A DNA stretch of 64,000 nucleotides from positions 1-64,000 of IMG/VR virus record IMGVR_UViG_3300034418_006037; one strand, written 5' to 3'. Made by a program: the position numbers and the translations under genes. Numbering within the stretch: the first letter of the stretch is position 1; every line of letters starts with the position of its first letter. Below the pieces are notes generated by a model that had not been told where the DNA came from, searched no databases, and saw only the letters and a program-made list of their open reading frames with translations. The DNA comes from a virus. This document shows, piece by piece, positions 46,305 to 56,100 of this stretch.

Positions 46305-47838
46305 TGTAATAGAGAATCAAAATACCGACTATCCTGTCCTGGATAGCTCTATTGACGCTACGTCTGGAGGCGGTATTAGAGGTTTTGGAATATTTAGAAA
46401 TATTACAGGGCGCAACGGAGTACCAGAAAATAAAAGGTGCTATGGTTATGTTGCTGTAGTTTTATATGCAACTAGCAACGGAGAGGTTTCGCCAACGCAT
46501 TCTAACATCGACCTTAATAATAGCCCGACCAGTTCTCAATTAGAGTACGATGTAAATAATGATGGGACGTATTCTCCAGCAGACACGACGATAATTGCTG
46601 GTAGAGAAAACCAAATCATAACCCCCTTATCATGGTTTGGGTTTAATACTTCCACTAGAGTATACGTATACAAGACCTATCCCCATGGATTAGATGTGAA
46701 TAGTGACGGCGCGGGTGCGGTACTCACTTCCTCAGGTGGAAATACTGTCAATGTGAGCGTTACAGATGAGGATCCTACGGCTGCAATTTCAAACATAGAT
46801 TGGACAAATGCTGCTAATTGGACAGAGATTGGATTGGCAGGCAATTCATACACAAGAGTAGATATCGACGATCTCATCAGCGACGCAAATAACTATCGGC
46901 TAACAGTAAATAATATATCGAGCAATAACCTTACTGCATTAAGCGTCAATGACCTAATGGGCTGGATACTTCAGTCAATGATTGAGGCAGTAACAGCAGC
47001 AGGTTTAGGAACAGTGACTACGTATACAAATCCAGATACTGGACTTGTAGGCGATTTTAATGGTGATGGACTGGTAGGATCGGCAGATTTGATAATCTTC
47101 CTCCAGAATTTTGGTAGTACTATTCAAAGCGATGCTGCGCAGTTTGACGATTCTTCATATGTAATAAGTGGGTCAAGTCTAATGGATGCTAATGCCGTGA
47201 GCTATTTGATTCAGCAGGCATTGGGTGGAGATGCTTGGTCAGGCGCTCCTAATGCTTCTGAGCTGCAAAATGGGGGTACTGATTACCAATCAGGCTTTTT
47301 CTTCTCAGCAGCTCAAGGCTCTCCATTAGTGGGTGCCTGGGATGTTTTTGAGAGTATTGGTAGTACGCCTTCTAACAGAAGTTTTTTTGGTTTTGAACAA
47401 TCCACAGATGCAAACGCCCCGTCTTTTCAAGATGCCGCCGCAAAAATCCGACTTACTGAATGTGCTGTTGTAGGATGGGGCAGATTTATAGCCGATTCAC
47501 ATAACATAGGCATAGTATTTAGAATTCGCTTGAAGAATTCATCAGGTACAGTATTGCAAACCAAGTATCATCACTGGTCACATCAGTTTTTAAATACTAC
47601 ATCTGTAGCTGGATCTACAGCAGACGCATTTTCTGTCATGCCGGGCAATGGACCATTAATGTTAGTAGATTTTAGTGACCAATCTAGTTTTGGGGCTACA
47701 GATCCCGGAGTAGCTCCCAACCAAGTTCCGGATGTTACTAGGATAGAGATAGAGTTCGACTACTATGTCCCAGATCCTTTTGGTGGGGTCTTTTATAGTC
47801 TTAGCCTTGCGCCAACAGTTACTTGTTCTAATCTGTGA
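46285..47838 (+). CDS. structural protein with dockerin/EF-hand-like motif
   Basis: GDFNGDGLVGSADLIIFLQNFG; also YDVNNDG and LDVNSDG. Confidence 0.7.
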   Translation: MAIKLADVIENQNTDYPVLDSSIDATSGGGIRGFGIFRNITGRNGVPENKRCYGYVAVVLYATSNGEVSPTHSNIDLNNSPTSSQLEYDVNNDGTYSPADTTIIAGRENQIITPLSWFGFNTSTRVYVYKTYPHGLDVNSDGAGAVLTSSGGNTVNVSVTDEDPTAAISNIDWTNAANWTEIGLAGNSYTRVDIDDLISDANNYRLTVNNISSNNLTALSVNDLMGWILQSMIEAVTAAGLGTVTTYTNPDTGLVGDFNGDGLVGSADLIIFLQNFGSTIQSDAAQFDDSSYVISGSSLMDANAVSYLIQQALGGDAWSGAPNASELQNGGTDYQSGFFFSAAQGSPLVGAWDVFESIGSTPSNRSFFGFEQSTDANAPSFQDAAAKIRLTECAVVGWGRFIADSHNIGIVFRIRLKNSSGTVLQTKYHHWSHQFLNTTSVAGSTADAFSVMPGNGPLMLVDFSDQSSFGATDPGVAPNQVPDVTRIEIEFDYYVPDPFGGVFYSLSLAPTVTCSNL

Positions 47839-49025
47839 TGGATAGTATTAAAGTATATATTAAGAATGGTCTTGTGCTAATTAAGCCAAGCGCTGGGAAT
47901 CCATTCGTCTATGAAGCGGGGGATATCCTGACTGCGTCAAATAATAGCACTCTGGCTGCCGGAGTAGATATTACGGACGACACAACGTCAAAAGTATTCC
48001 TTTCAGGAATAGACTATCGCCGAATATTCGATGAGTCAGGGACTGTATTAGCTGCAAGTCGAAGTGCAACAGTAACTGCACTAAATACTATTTTTCAGCA
48101 AAGGGTATTAGATGACTTTATAGTAAAAGATGAAACTTCTGAGCTTACCGGTACTACAAAAATCCGACACAAAGAGGGCACAGGAGGAGCAGACCGAGAT
48201 GAAGGTGGTACACTAGAGCTAGATTTACACAGTGCATCTATTGGACTGTACGGCAGCTACCTAAAGATTACTGAAGACGATCTGAATAATACATCCGGTA
48301 AGAACTCTGCATATGGTAGGTTGCAGGTGTATCTTGAAAATACAGGTACACCAATTGAGGTGCTGGACATGCAGATGACAAATCTGGTATCTGCCCCAAT
48401 AGTAGACTTAAACACCAGCTCCTTAGATGTGTCTGGAGATGTTACATTCTCTACTGTATCAGGTACTGTAACCTTTAGTGGTGATACTAGCGGTATAGCT
48501 TATGGGGATATTACAGGTACACCTACTATACCTACTAATGTATCAGACCTGACCAATGACTCTGGGTTTATTACGTCAGCCAATGAGCTAGATGGAATTT
48601 ATTTGGAGGTGTTTACTCGCTCCTCTTCGTACGGAAGTGGCTCATACGAAGGACAAATAGTGAAGTATGGAAATAACACGAACCTGAGTGCAGGCAAGGC
48701 GTATGTACTTTCAAATGACGGTGGAAGCCCAATAGCAAACGCTACGTGGATTGAAGCAGATGCTGATTTGGAAGCGTCAACGAAGGGTTTGTTTGGAATA
48801 GCTCTTGGATCTAGCGCGACTAGTGATGGCCTTTTGGTCAGGGGTATACGTGGTCAAAACACAAGTGCAAACCCTGGAGACTTAATGTATATAAGTACAA
48901 GCTCTGGCCTTATAACTAGTGCAATACCACAAACACAAGGAGATTTCGTAAGGGTTATCGGTTACGCTTTGTCTTCTACCCTGTTGTACGTAGATCCTTC
49001 ACCAGACTATATCGAGCTTGCGTAA
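47835..49025 (+). CDS. fibre/structural protein with C-terminal cement-like domain
   Basis: PTNVSDLTNDSGFIT repeat motif; WIEADAD...GLFGIAL...GDFVRVIGY. Confidence 0.7.
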   Translation: MMDSIKVYIKNGLVLIKPSAGNPFVYEAGDILTASNNSTLAAGVDITDDTTSKVFLSGIDYRRIFDESGTVLAASRSATVTALNTIFQQRVLDDFIVKDETSELTGTTKIRHKEGTGGADRDEGGTLELDLHSASIGLYGSYLKITEDDLNNTSGKNSAYGRLQVYLENTGTPIEVLDMQMTNLVSAPIVDLNTSSLDVSGDVTFSTVSGTVTFSGDTSGIAYGDITGTPTIPTNVSDLTNDSGFITSANELDGIYLEVFTRSSSYGSGSYEGQIVKYGNNTNLSAGKAYVLSNDGGSPIANATWIEADADLEASTKGLFGIALGSSATSDGLLVRGIRGQNTSANPGDLMYISTSSGLITSAIPQTQGDFVRVIGYALSSTLLYVDPSPDYIELA

Positions 49026-49255
49026 TGTCATTCATTCGAGCAACATACAATTCTGGTACAGTTCAATCTCAAGATACCTCTACTGAACTAGCTACAAATC
49101 AAGATAAATATTGGGCAACTGAAGAAGGAGTTTCAGATACCATAGGAGTATGGGATGATGTAAATAGAAGATTTATACCGGACGGCTGGTATGATGAAAC
49201 TACAGGGTGGTTATGGCCCGTAGATTTGCAATGGGATTATGATAAAACTCAATAA
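49025..49255 (+). CDS. hypothetical Trp-rich small protein
   Basis: Coupled ORF within the fibre cluster. Confidence 0.6.
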   Translation: MSFIRATYNSGTVQSQDTSTELATNQDKYWATEEGVSDTIGVWDDVNRRFIPDGWYDETTGWLWPVDLQWDYDKTQ

Positions 49256-49264
49256 TACCTACCT

Positions 49265-49987
49265 ATGGCTGACACAGGAATAATAGGACCTTTAGCAAAC
49301 GCCGCAGTAGGCACAGGACTTGGCGATGGAATCAATTATGGAGCTTGGTCGTTCCCTCTAAGATTACATAGAACTGCGACAAATGCTAATGCTGCGGTTG
49401 TAACAACAGCTAATAAAGGCACTCGTTGGTACAATTGCTTTGATAACAACCAAATTCCTGCAGGCGCAACTATTACTGGAGTAGAGATTGTAGCAACAAC
49501 AGATTTTGATGGGTCAGGTAATTCAAACATAGGTACCTTCGGTTCAACAGGAGCAACAGAAAGCATCACATTAAGAGCTTATCTTTATAACGGATCTAGC
49601 TATTCATCAGCACTAACATATGATGGATCTACCCGCGCAGGTATTACATATTCTGACAGTAATACGACAGCTACATTTTTAGGAGCTAATAGACGATACT
49701 TGGGTCTATCCACTTTAGGAACCCTGTTTGGGGGATCAAGTGATTTATCAGGTTTAACCTGGGATCCTGCAAACCAAGCTAGTTTTGGGTTTGCTTTTAC
49801 TAGCACAGCAATAGTAAACACCCCAGTAGCTGGAGCTATTAGAGGTATTGGACTAAGAATAACTTACACTGAAGGTAGCTCAGGCCCAGCAGATGTAGCC
49901 GAAATTAATGGGGTTGCTGCAGCAGACATAGATAAGTTTAGCGGGGTAACCTTTAGTGACATAAGTAAAATCAATTCTATATCTTAA
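49265..49987 (+). CDS. structural protein with C-terminal (K/E)INGV-type repeats
   Basis: IPAGATITGVEI jelly-roll-like motif; VAEINGV..IDKFSGV..ISKINSI. Confidence 0.65.
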   Translation: MADTGIIGPLANAAVGTGLGDGINYGAWSFPLRLHRTATNANAAVVTTANKGTRWYNCFDNNQIPAGATITGVEIVATTDFDGSGNSNIGTFGSTGATESITLRAYLYNGSSYSSALTYDGSTRAGITYSDSNTTATFLGANRRYLGLSTLGTLFGGSSDLSGLTWDPANQASFGFAFTSTAIVNTPVAGAIRGIGLRITYTEGSSGPADVAEINGVAAADIDKFSGVTFSDISKINSIS

Positions 49988-49994
49988 TGTTTAT

Positions 49995-50002
49995 TATATT
50001 TG
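49995..50002 (+). promoter_or_regulatory. Bacteroidota -7 promoter element (TATATTTG)
   Basis: TAnnTTTG in the intergenic gap before 50037. Confidence 0.6.
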
Positions 50003-50036
50003 CAATAGCAAAGCCTCTCCATAAATCCTAACAATA

Positions 50037-51704
50037 ATGAAAAATAAATATCAAAAAGGAGGAATGCCTTCTAAAAGTAAACCCGCTGCTCTTAGATCAG
50101 GGTTTAAAACTCGTCCGAAAGGACTGAAACCTAGTACTGGTAAAACTAAGCCTGCAGTAAAACCTTCAGATATGAAAAAGAGAAAGAAAGATCTTTCTTC
50201 TATCGGCATTGAAGAGTCCAAAGAATTGAAGTTTGGGGGGCCTATTGGTGTAAAAGCAAAGAAAGGAAGAGTTAAACGTGGTAACGGCGGCGAGGACGAG
50301 CTGAGACCTGGAGATCCTGGGTATATGGTTGAGGCTTCTAAAAGAGCAGCACAATCTGAGGGACCAATAGGAGAAGCTATTAGAAGCGCCGAAGCTGCTA
50401 AAAGAGGAGCACAAAACGCTGAGAAGAAAAGGATAGCTGATGAAGCTGCTGCAAGAAGAGGTCCTAGCAGAGAAGAAAAGCAGAACACTCGTCAAGGCGC
50501 AGGTGATGGGAAAGCTACAGGTTCTACTATGGATAGAATAGGAGCAATGGGCCGAGGAGAAACTTCACCCAAACCTGAAGATGTTGGAGCTACTAGAGCG
50601 GGATCAAGCAAGGCTACTCAAGACGCTAGAGCAAAGGGAGTTGCAGGACAGGCAGCTGATGATGCTAAGAGAAAAGCTGCTGCTGAACCTAAGAAGGGAA
50701 CGTATGAGTACGCTAAGAAGCAAAATTCTAACATTGATGCTTTGATCAAGCGTAGACAAGGTTTGACTAAGGGCACTCCTGAGTATAACAAGATTCAAAA
50801 CCAAATTAATACAGCATATGGTAAAGGATCTACTACTAGGAATACCACTCCTACTGCATCACTTGCAAGAAGAGATGTAAAATCTGTAGATAGTAAGCAG
50901 CCAGAACAGAAACTGCAAATTTCTAAGCCTTCGACTTCGACTTCATCGACGTCGAAAACTCCTAGCGGTTCTGTATCTGAAAAAGCAGCTGCTAGAGTTT
51001 CTAAGATTAAGGATCGTAGAGCTAAAGCAGCAGCTAGGCAGGAGAACAGAGCGGATAACAAGAATGACAGATCTGCTAATAGATCTTTCAGGAAAAACGA
51101 AAGGCAAGGTTCTCGTGACGACAATAAGCAGAGGAGAATGGATAACCGTGAGGATCGTCAGGACAGAAGAGATAGTAGGAAAGATCAACGGAAAATTGAT
51201 AGGTCGGCTATAAAGCAAGCTCGCAAAGCTCAAATGGGAGGACCTCGTAAAAAAGCTATAGCTGGTGCAATGGTTGCTGGAGGTGGTCAAGCTCTTAAAG
51301 GAGTTGGTAGCTTGGTTAATGCTATTGCAGGTAAAGAAACTAAGTTCGGAAACATAGCTAATTCTGTTGGAGAAGTTGCTGGTGGTATTGGTTCTATGAT
51401 GGGACCTGGTGGTGCTGCAGTGAACAAAGTAGGCGGAGCATTGAACAACGCAGTCGCACCCGGTGCTCCTGAGGTTCAGGTTGGTGCAAATGCAGGTGCT
51501 AATGCAGGTGCTAATCCACAGAATCCTGACATGCCTACTCAGCGCTATGGTGGCATAAAGAAGAAGAAGGGTAAGAAGGGTATGATGAAGTACAAAACAG
51601 GAGGTGCTAAGCCTGACTATCTTGATATGGACAAGGACGGTAATAAGACTGAGTCTATGAGGTCTGCTCTTAAAGACCGTCGTAGACGTGGTGGTCGCAG
51701 ATAA
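50037..51704 (+). CDS. very basic low-complexity putative internal virion protein
   Basis: K/R-rich, multiple xxGG motifs, KPDYLDMDKDGNKTESM EF-hand-like motif. Confidence 0.7.
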   Translation: MKNKYQKGGMPSKSKPAALRSGFKTRPKGLKPSTGKTKPAVKPSDMKKRKKDLSSIGIEESKELKFGGPIGVKAKKGRVKRGNGGEDELRPGDPGYMVEASKRAAQSEGPIGEAIRSAEAAKRGAQNAEKKRIADEAAARRGPSREEKQNTRQGAGDGKATGSTMDRIGAMGRGETSPKPEDVGATRAGSSKATQDARAKGVAGQAADDAKRKAAAEPKKGTYEYAKKQNSNIDALIKRRQGLTKGTPEYNKIQNQINTAYGKGSTTRNTTPTASLARRDVKSVDSKQPEQKLQISKPSTSTSSTSKTPSGSVSEKAAARVSKIKDRRAKAAARQENRADNKNDRSANRSFRKNERQGSRDDNKQRRMDNREDRQDRRDSRKDQRKIDRSAIKQARKAQMGGPRKKAIAGAMVAGGGQALKGVGSLVNAIAGKETKFGNIANSVGEVAGGIGSMMGPGGAAVNKVGGALNNAVAPGAPEVQVGANAGANAGANPQNPDMPTQRYGGIKKKKGKKGMMKYKTGGAKPDYLDMDKDGNKTESMRSALKDRRRRGGRR

Positions 51705-52186
51705 TGCTAACCATTAAGGATATACACAAAGACTATGTGAAGCATGTTGAAGACCCCATAGAGACTCGCTTGTTTAAGCAGATCTGTGAGGAATTCAACA
51801 TGCTAATAGTCGATAGTATTCTTGATGGTGCAGAATTCAGTATGGGTAGTAACTTGTCTACCTTATCTATACGTAGGATAGAACGCAATCCCAGCAAGCC
51901 TACAATAGACTGGTGGGAGAGTAACAAGTACAAGCAAGAGCTTCTAGCTGAAGGCAAGGAGCTCTTTGATGTATCTACAGGTCAAGGTGAAAAGTGGTTC
52001 ATATACTACACTGATCCTTGGTATTGTAAGTACCATTGGCAGAAATCTAGATGTAAGATTTCTAACAAGAGTGCATATCGGTTTACCCCAACCAGAGGAA
52101 TAAAGGGGAACAAAGAGAAGCTAACCAAACTACTCAGAGACGATGACCTGGCATATCTAAGATTCAGAAAGCATGGCAGTATATAA
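51704..52186 (+). CDS. IHF/HU-like protein (crAss tail-module type)
   Basis: ILDGAEFSMGSNLSTLSIRR..IDW...YRFTPTR; conserved position before the tail tubular gene. Confidence 0.7.
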   Translation: MLTIKDIHKDYVKHVEDPIETRLFKQICEEFNMLIVDSILDGAEFSMGSNLSTLSIRRIERNPSKPTIDWWESNKYKQELLAEGKELFDVSTGQGEKWFIYYTDPWYCKYHWQKSRCKISNKSAYRFTPTRGIKGNKEKLTKLLRDDDLAYLRFRKHGSI

Positions 52187-53165
52187 GACCATATCAAGCA
52201 AAATGATAGTGCGCAAAGTAATGCGCGATTTGAATCCTCATAGTCAAAATGGGGATTGGTTACATGATGCCATAGAATGGATCGGAGAAGCTCTAGAACA
52301 TATAGGGAGTAGTACTCAGCTTATTACAAAAGTATGTACGGTTCAGATCAAAAATCATAAGGCCGCACTACCTGCTGACTTGTATTACCCGCAGCAGGTG
52401 TCAACAAGCGGTCATCCTGATGCTGAAACTATATATGAAGAGCTAGAAGGTCTCTCCGAAAAGATAGCTGATCTAAAAAGAACCTATGTGGATGCCAAAG
52501 AAGATATGGCTAGCCACTTAATAAAGACACGAAGTGGTGCTGTCATATCTAATCTTGATGAGAAACTGCTAGATAAGTACAACTCAATATCTAAAAGCAG
52601 TGATTATGCTCTTAGAGATTTGTCATCAAGAGTTGTGGTGCTTGAAAACACTTTGATGGGTGGAGATCATGGTGAACACCTTATTCCTCTGAAGTATTGT
52701 ACTACTACTTTCCCTGAGTCAGAACCTTGTCCGGATTGTCATCATGATAGTCACGTAGAGTGTTACTTTATTGAAAGTGACTACATTAAAACGTCATTTG
52801 CATCAGGCACTGTATGCATAAGTTACAAAGCATTTCCTACAGACCCTGATTGCTACCCCTTGGTGCCAGACGATATCAGCTTCAAAGAAGCTATGTTTTG
52901 GTACATATACAAGAAGATGCTACTTGGGGGTACGGTTGATGTAAATAAGAACGGGATACAGTATGATTTTGCTGATCAGAAGTGGAAGTACTACTGCACA
53001 CAAGCACGCAATGCTGCAGTGTTCCCAGACATCGACAGAATGGAAAGCTTTATGAATCAGTGGGTTAGACTTATCCCCAACATCAACAGACACGACCATG
53101 TGTTTGATGAGCTTGGGGACAGGGAAGACATATATAGAGGACGTTACAATACCTATGGTAGATGA
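52173..53165 (+). CDS. tail tubular/ring protein
   Basis: IEWIGEALEHIG, LPADL, ISYKAFP.D...YPLVPD, WKYYCTQAR. Confidence 0.78.
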   Translation: MAVYKTISSKMIVRKVMRDLNPHSQNGDWLHDAIEWIGEALEHIGSSTQLITKVCTVQIKNHKAALPADLYYPQQVSTSGHPDAETIYEELEGLSEKIADLKRTYVDAKEDMASHLIKTRSGAVISNLDEKLLDKYNSISKSSDYALRDLSSRVVVLENTLMGGDHGEHLIPLKYCTTTFPESEPCPDCHHDSHVECYFIESDYIKTSFASGTVCISYKAFPTDPDCYPLVPDDISFKEAMFWYIYKKMLLGGTVDVNKNGIQYDFADQKWKYYCTQARNAAVFPDIDRMESFMNQWVRLIPNINRHDHVFDELGDREDIYRGRYNTYGR

Positions 53166-56100
53166 AGAAGCTAGGGAAAGGTATGTTCAAGGATACCGCT
53201 CGGGTAGATCAGCCCGAGGGTACAATGCGTGATGCACTAAACGCTAACCTGAACATAAAGAAAGGAAGTATCAGCAATGAGTGGGGTACTTATGAATACC
53301 CTAATAATGCTGGGTTTAGAGTACTAGGTAGAACTGTACTTGACGATGATGTCATTGTCATGTTTGGGCAGGCAGTAAATGTCGTAGATAATGAGACAGT
53401 ATACACTGATCAAATACGTACTCTGAATACTAGAAATCAAGAGGTACTAGTTCTGTACGAGAACGATCTGTTGAACTTTCAGCAAACTCATCCTATAGTA
53501 GCTACTAATAGAAAGAACCAAGCAGGAGATTATATAGTATACTTCACCGACGGATATAAGGAAGAGGCAGAGCTTTACACGGCTTTTGAATATGTTAACA
53601 CATATAATCCTCCTAGAGTAATAAATGTAACTAGACAGAGGGCATTTAGACTGCGCGGTGGACTTGTTGATCAGCTGTACAACAACACTAACTCTTTCTA
53701 CAAATTAAACCTAATACCTAGGATAGGTACTCACTCTTCGTTTGATTCAGCAAGAGTTCTGAGCGGAGGTAACTTGTACGCAGCTGCATATTATTTAGCT
53801 CTTGCGTATACAGATAGAGACGGGGTAGAAACTAATTACTTCGTACTTTCCAATCCAGTATATATAGTCCCAAACTCTGAGAATATTACTCCGACTAATA
53901 GTTTTATTGGGGCAGAGGGTGGTACTAAATGTAACAAGACTATTCAGTGGGTAGTAGATACACCTATTGATATAGACTACGAGCTGCTTCAGCCTGCAGT
54001 TATAAAGTTGCAGAAGACTGCAATGACAGCTGAAAAGCTTAAGCCTGTTGCAATGAACAAAGGATACGAAACAATAGTGACGTATTCAGGAAACGAAGAC
54101 TCTCAATCAATTGCTGTTGAAGACATCATAGTAGATGATGTAAACTACATTACTGCGGACACTATAAGTCAACTGGACAATAGGTTGTATTTAGGTAATG
54201 TCTCAAGTAACAAAGACATTGGTTTTCAGCCTTTTGCACAAAACATACAGCTTGAAGCTGTAGTAGAAGAAGCAGAAGCATTCAGCCCTAGGCTTTACGA
54301 CACGTTTGCTTTGAACCAAGGTTATGCTGCACTTATACAAGAGTGGCATGCTGATGTGCCACAGCAATTCAAAAATGAGTACCAAGATCTGCAGACAGGC
54401 AATATTTCATATGCTCCTACAGGAAACATAAACTATCAATACCAAGAGCTCCTAAACAATCTTCTGTTAGATCCTCTTGGTAATACTCGGAAAGGGTATA
54501 GAGATCCTAATTTCTACTTCCAAAGAAAATCTTTTAGAAGAGGTGAGGTATATGCTTTCTACATATCATTCATACTAAATGATGGTACTGAAACATATGC
54601 TTACCACATTCCCGGGAGAGAGCCTAGATGCATTCCTGTACCAGCGACACAGCAGACTACTTATGAGTATGCTCAGTATAGGAAGGTAACATTCTCTTTT
54701 GATGACTACGATTTTAGTTTTGGGGGAAGTGGAGTAGCAAGTCAGCATGAACTTGTGTTTTTGTATGTACCACCACTTGGTCAAGGAAATTCGCCTGTAG
54801 GATACCCAAACGCAGGATACTACAGACCCGCTGGCTGGACTAATGATGCAACACTGGTAAATCAGTTTAATGCTAACTCACTACCTGAAACTATATCTGT
54901 AACTGGAGCTACGTACATATCTCTAACTCTGAATTCTGCAGATGACTTCGGTGCTTCGTATAATCAAACTACCGTCTTCAATGCAATGGAAGCATGGTTG
55001 TTATCAAACGGACCTACCCTTGGAGCTACAGAAGGATGGGACGAAATAGTTGGGGAAGAAATAAGTTCACAAACTCCTGCAATACTGGAGACAGAGGTTA
55101 GTATCAGTATTCTTTCAGATGATGATGTATGTGAAAACGATGCTCTTTCAAAGAACCCAGCTGCTACTAAACTAGCATTTGGATTTCTCCCAACTGAAGC
55201 ACTAGAACAATATGATGATATAAGATTGTTCAATGTTCTTGATACCGGAAACAAGATAGATCCTGAGCTATCTGGTAATATGGGGTACTGGGCTAATGAG
55301 AATGAGTTCTACCCTAGTACTAGAGACTTCACATTTGGGGATGTAACTACAGAAGGAGTTGCAGTCCTAGACGATGCGCAAGGTATTTATGGTGAAAGAG
55401 TTAGGCATCACAGAATGCCTGGTAACCTTAGTGATGAGTTCTCATACATAGAGAGGTCGTCAGAACACCCTGTAAATAACAGTAATGGGAACACTCATGG
55501 CTGGTTTGAAGAGCTAGGTTACAGGCCTCTAGAAGGGGACAGACTTCGCACGATTCGTGGCATTGGGGGCGACGGGACTATGGCGCTGGATGAAAATGTG
55601 CGCCTGTTGGGTGTGAGACTCAACAATCTTAAAATACCTAGAGGGATTCTAGAGCAAATCCAAGGGTATAAGATATACTATGCTAAGAGAGATGAGAAAG
55701 ACAAGACTATACTTGGACAGAGTATAGCAGTGCCTGGGCATCCTAGAGCAGCTAGTGTAAATAAGCAAAGCTTAGAAGAAGCTGTAACTGGTCCTTTTAC
55801 TAAAGCCTTCTATATGTATGGGGGACTAGACCATACAGATAATACTACTGTAGAGACTTACGGTAAGTGGAAGAGCACAATTGAAGGCGAACGCAGGTAT
55901 TACTCCCACCCAGTATTCAAGTTTCACGATCTGCATCAGCTGCGCAAAAGATCTGATATGTCTGCTGCTACCCACATACAATGTCAGTATGGAGTAATAT
56001 TTAGAATGTACTCCGGAGGGCCTGGAGTATTTGTACCTCCATGTGCTCCTGATAAAGTTTGGGACGCAGTTATTGATTTTGATGAGAGTGAACTCTCAAC

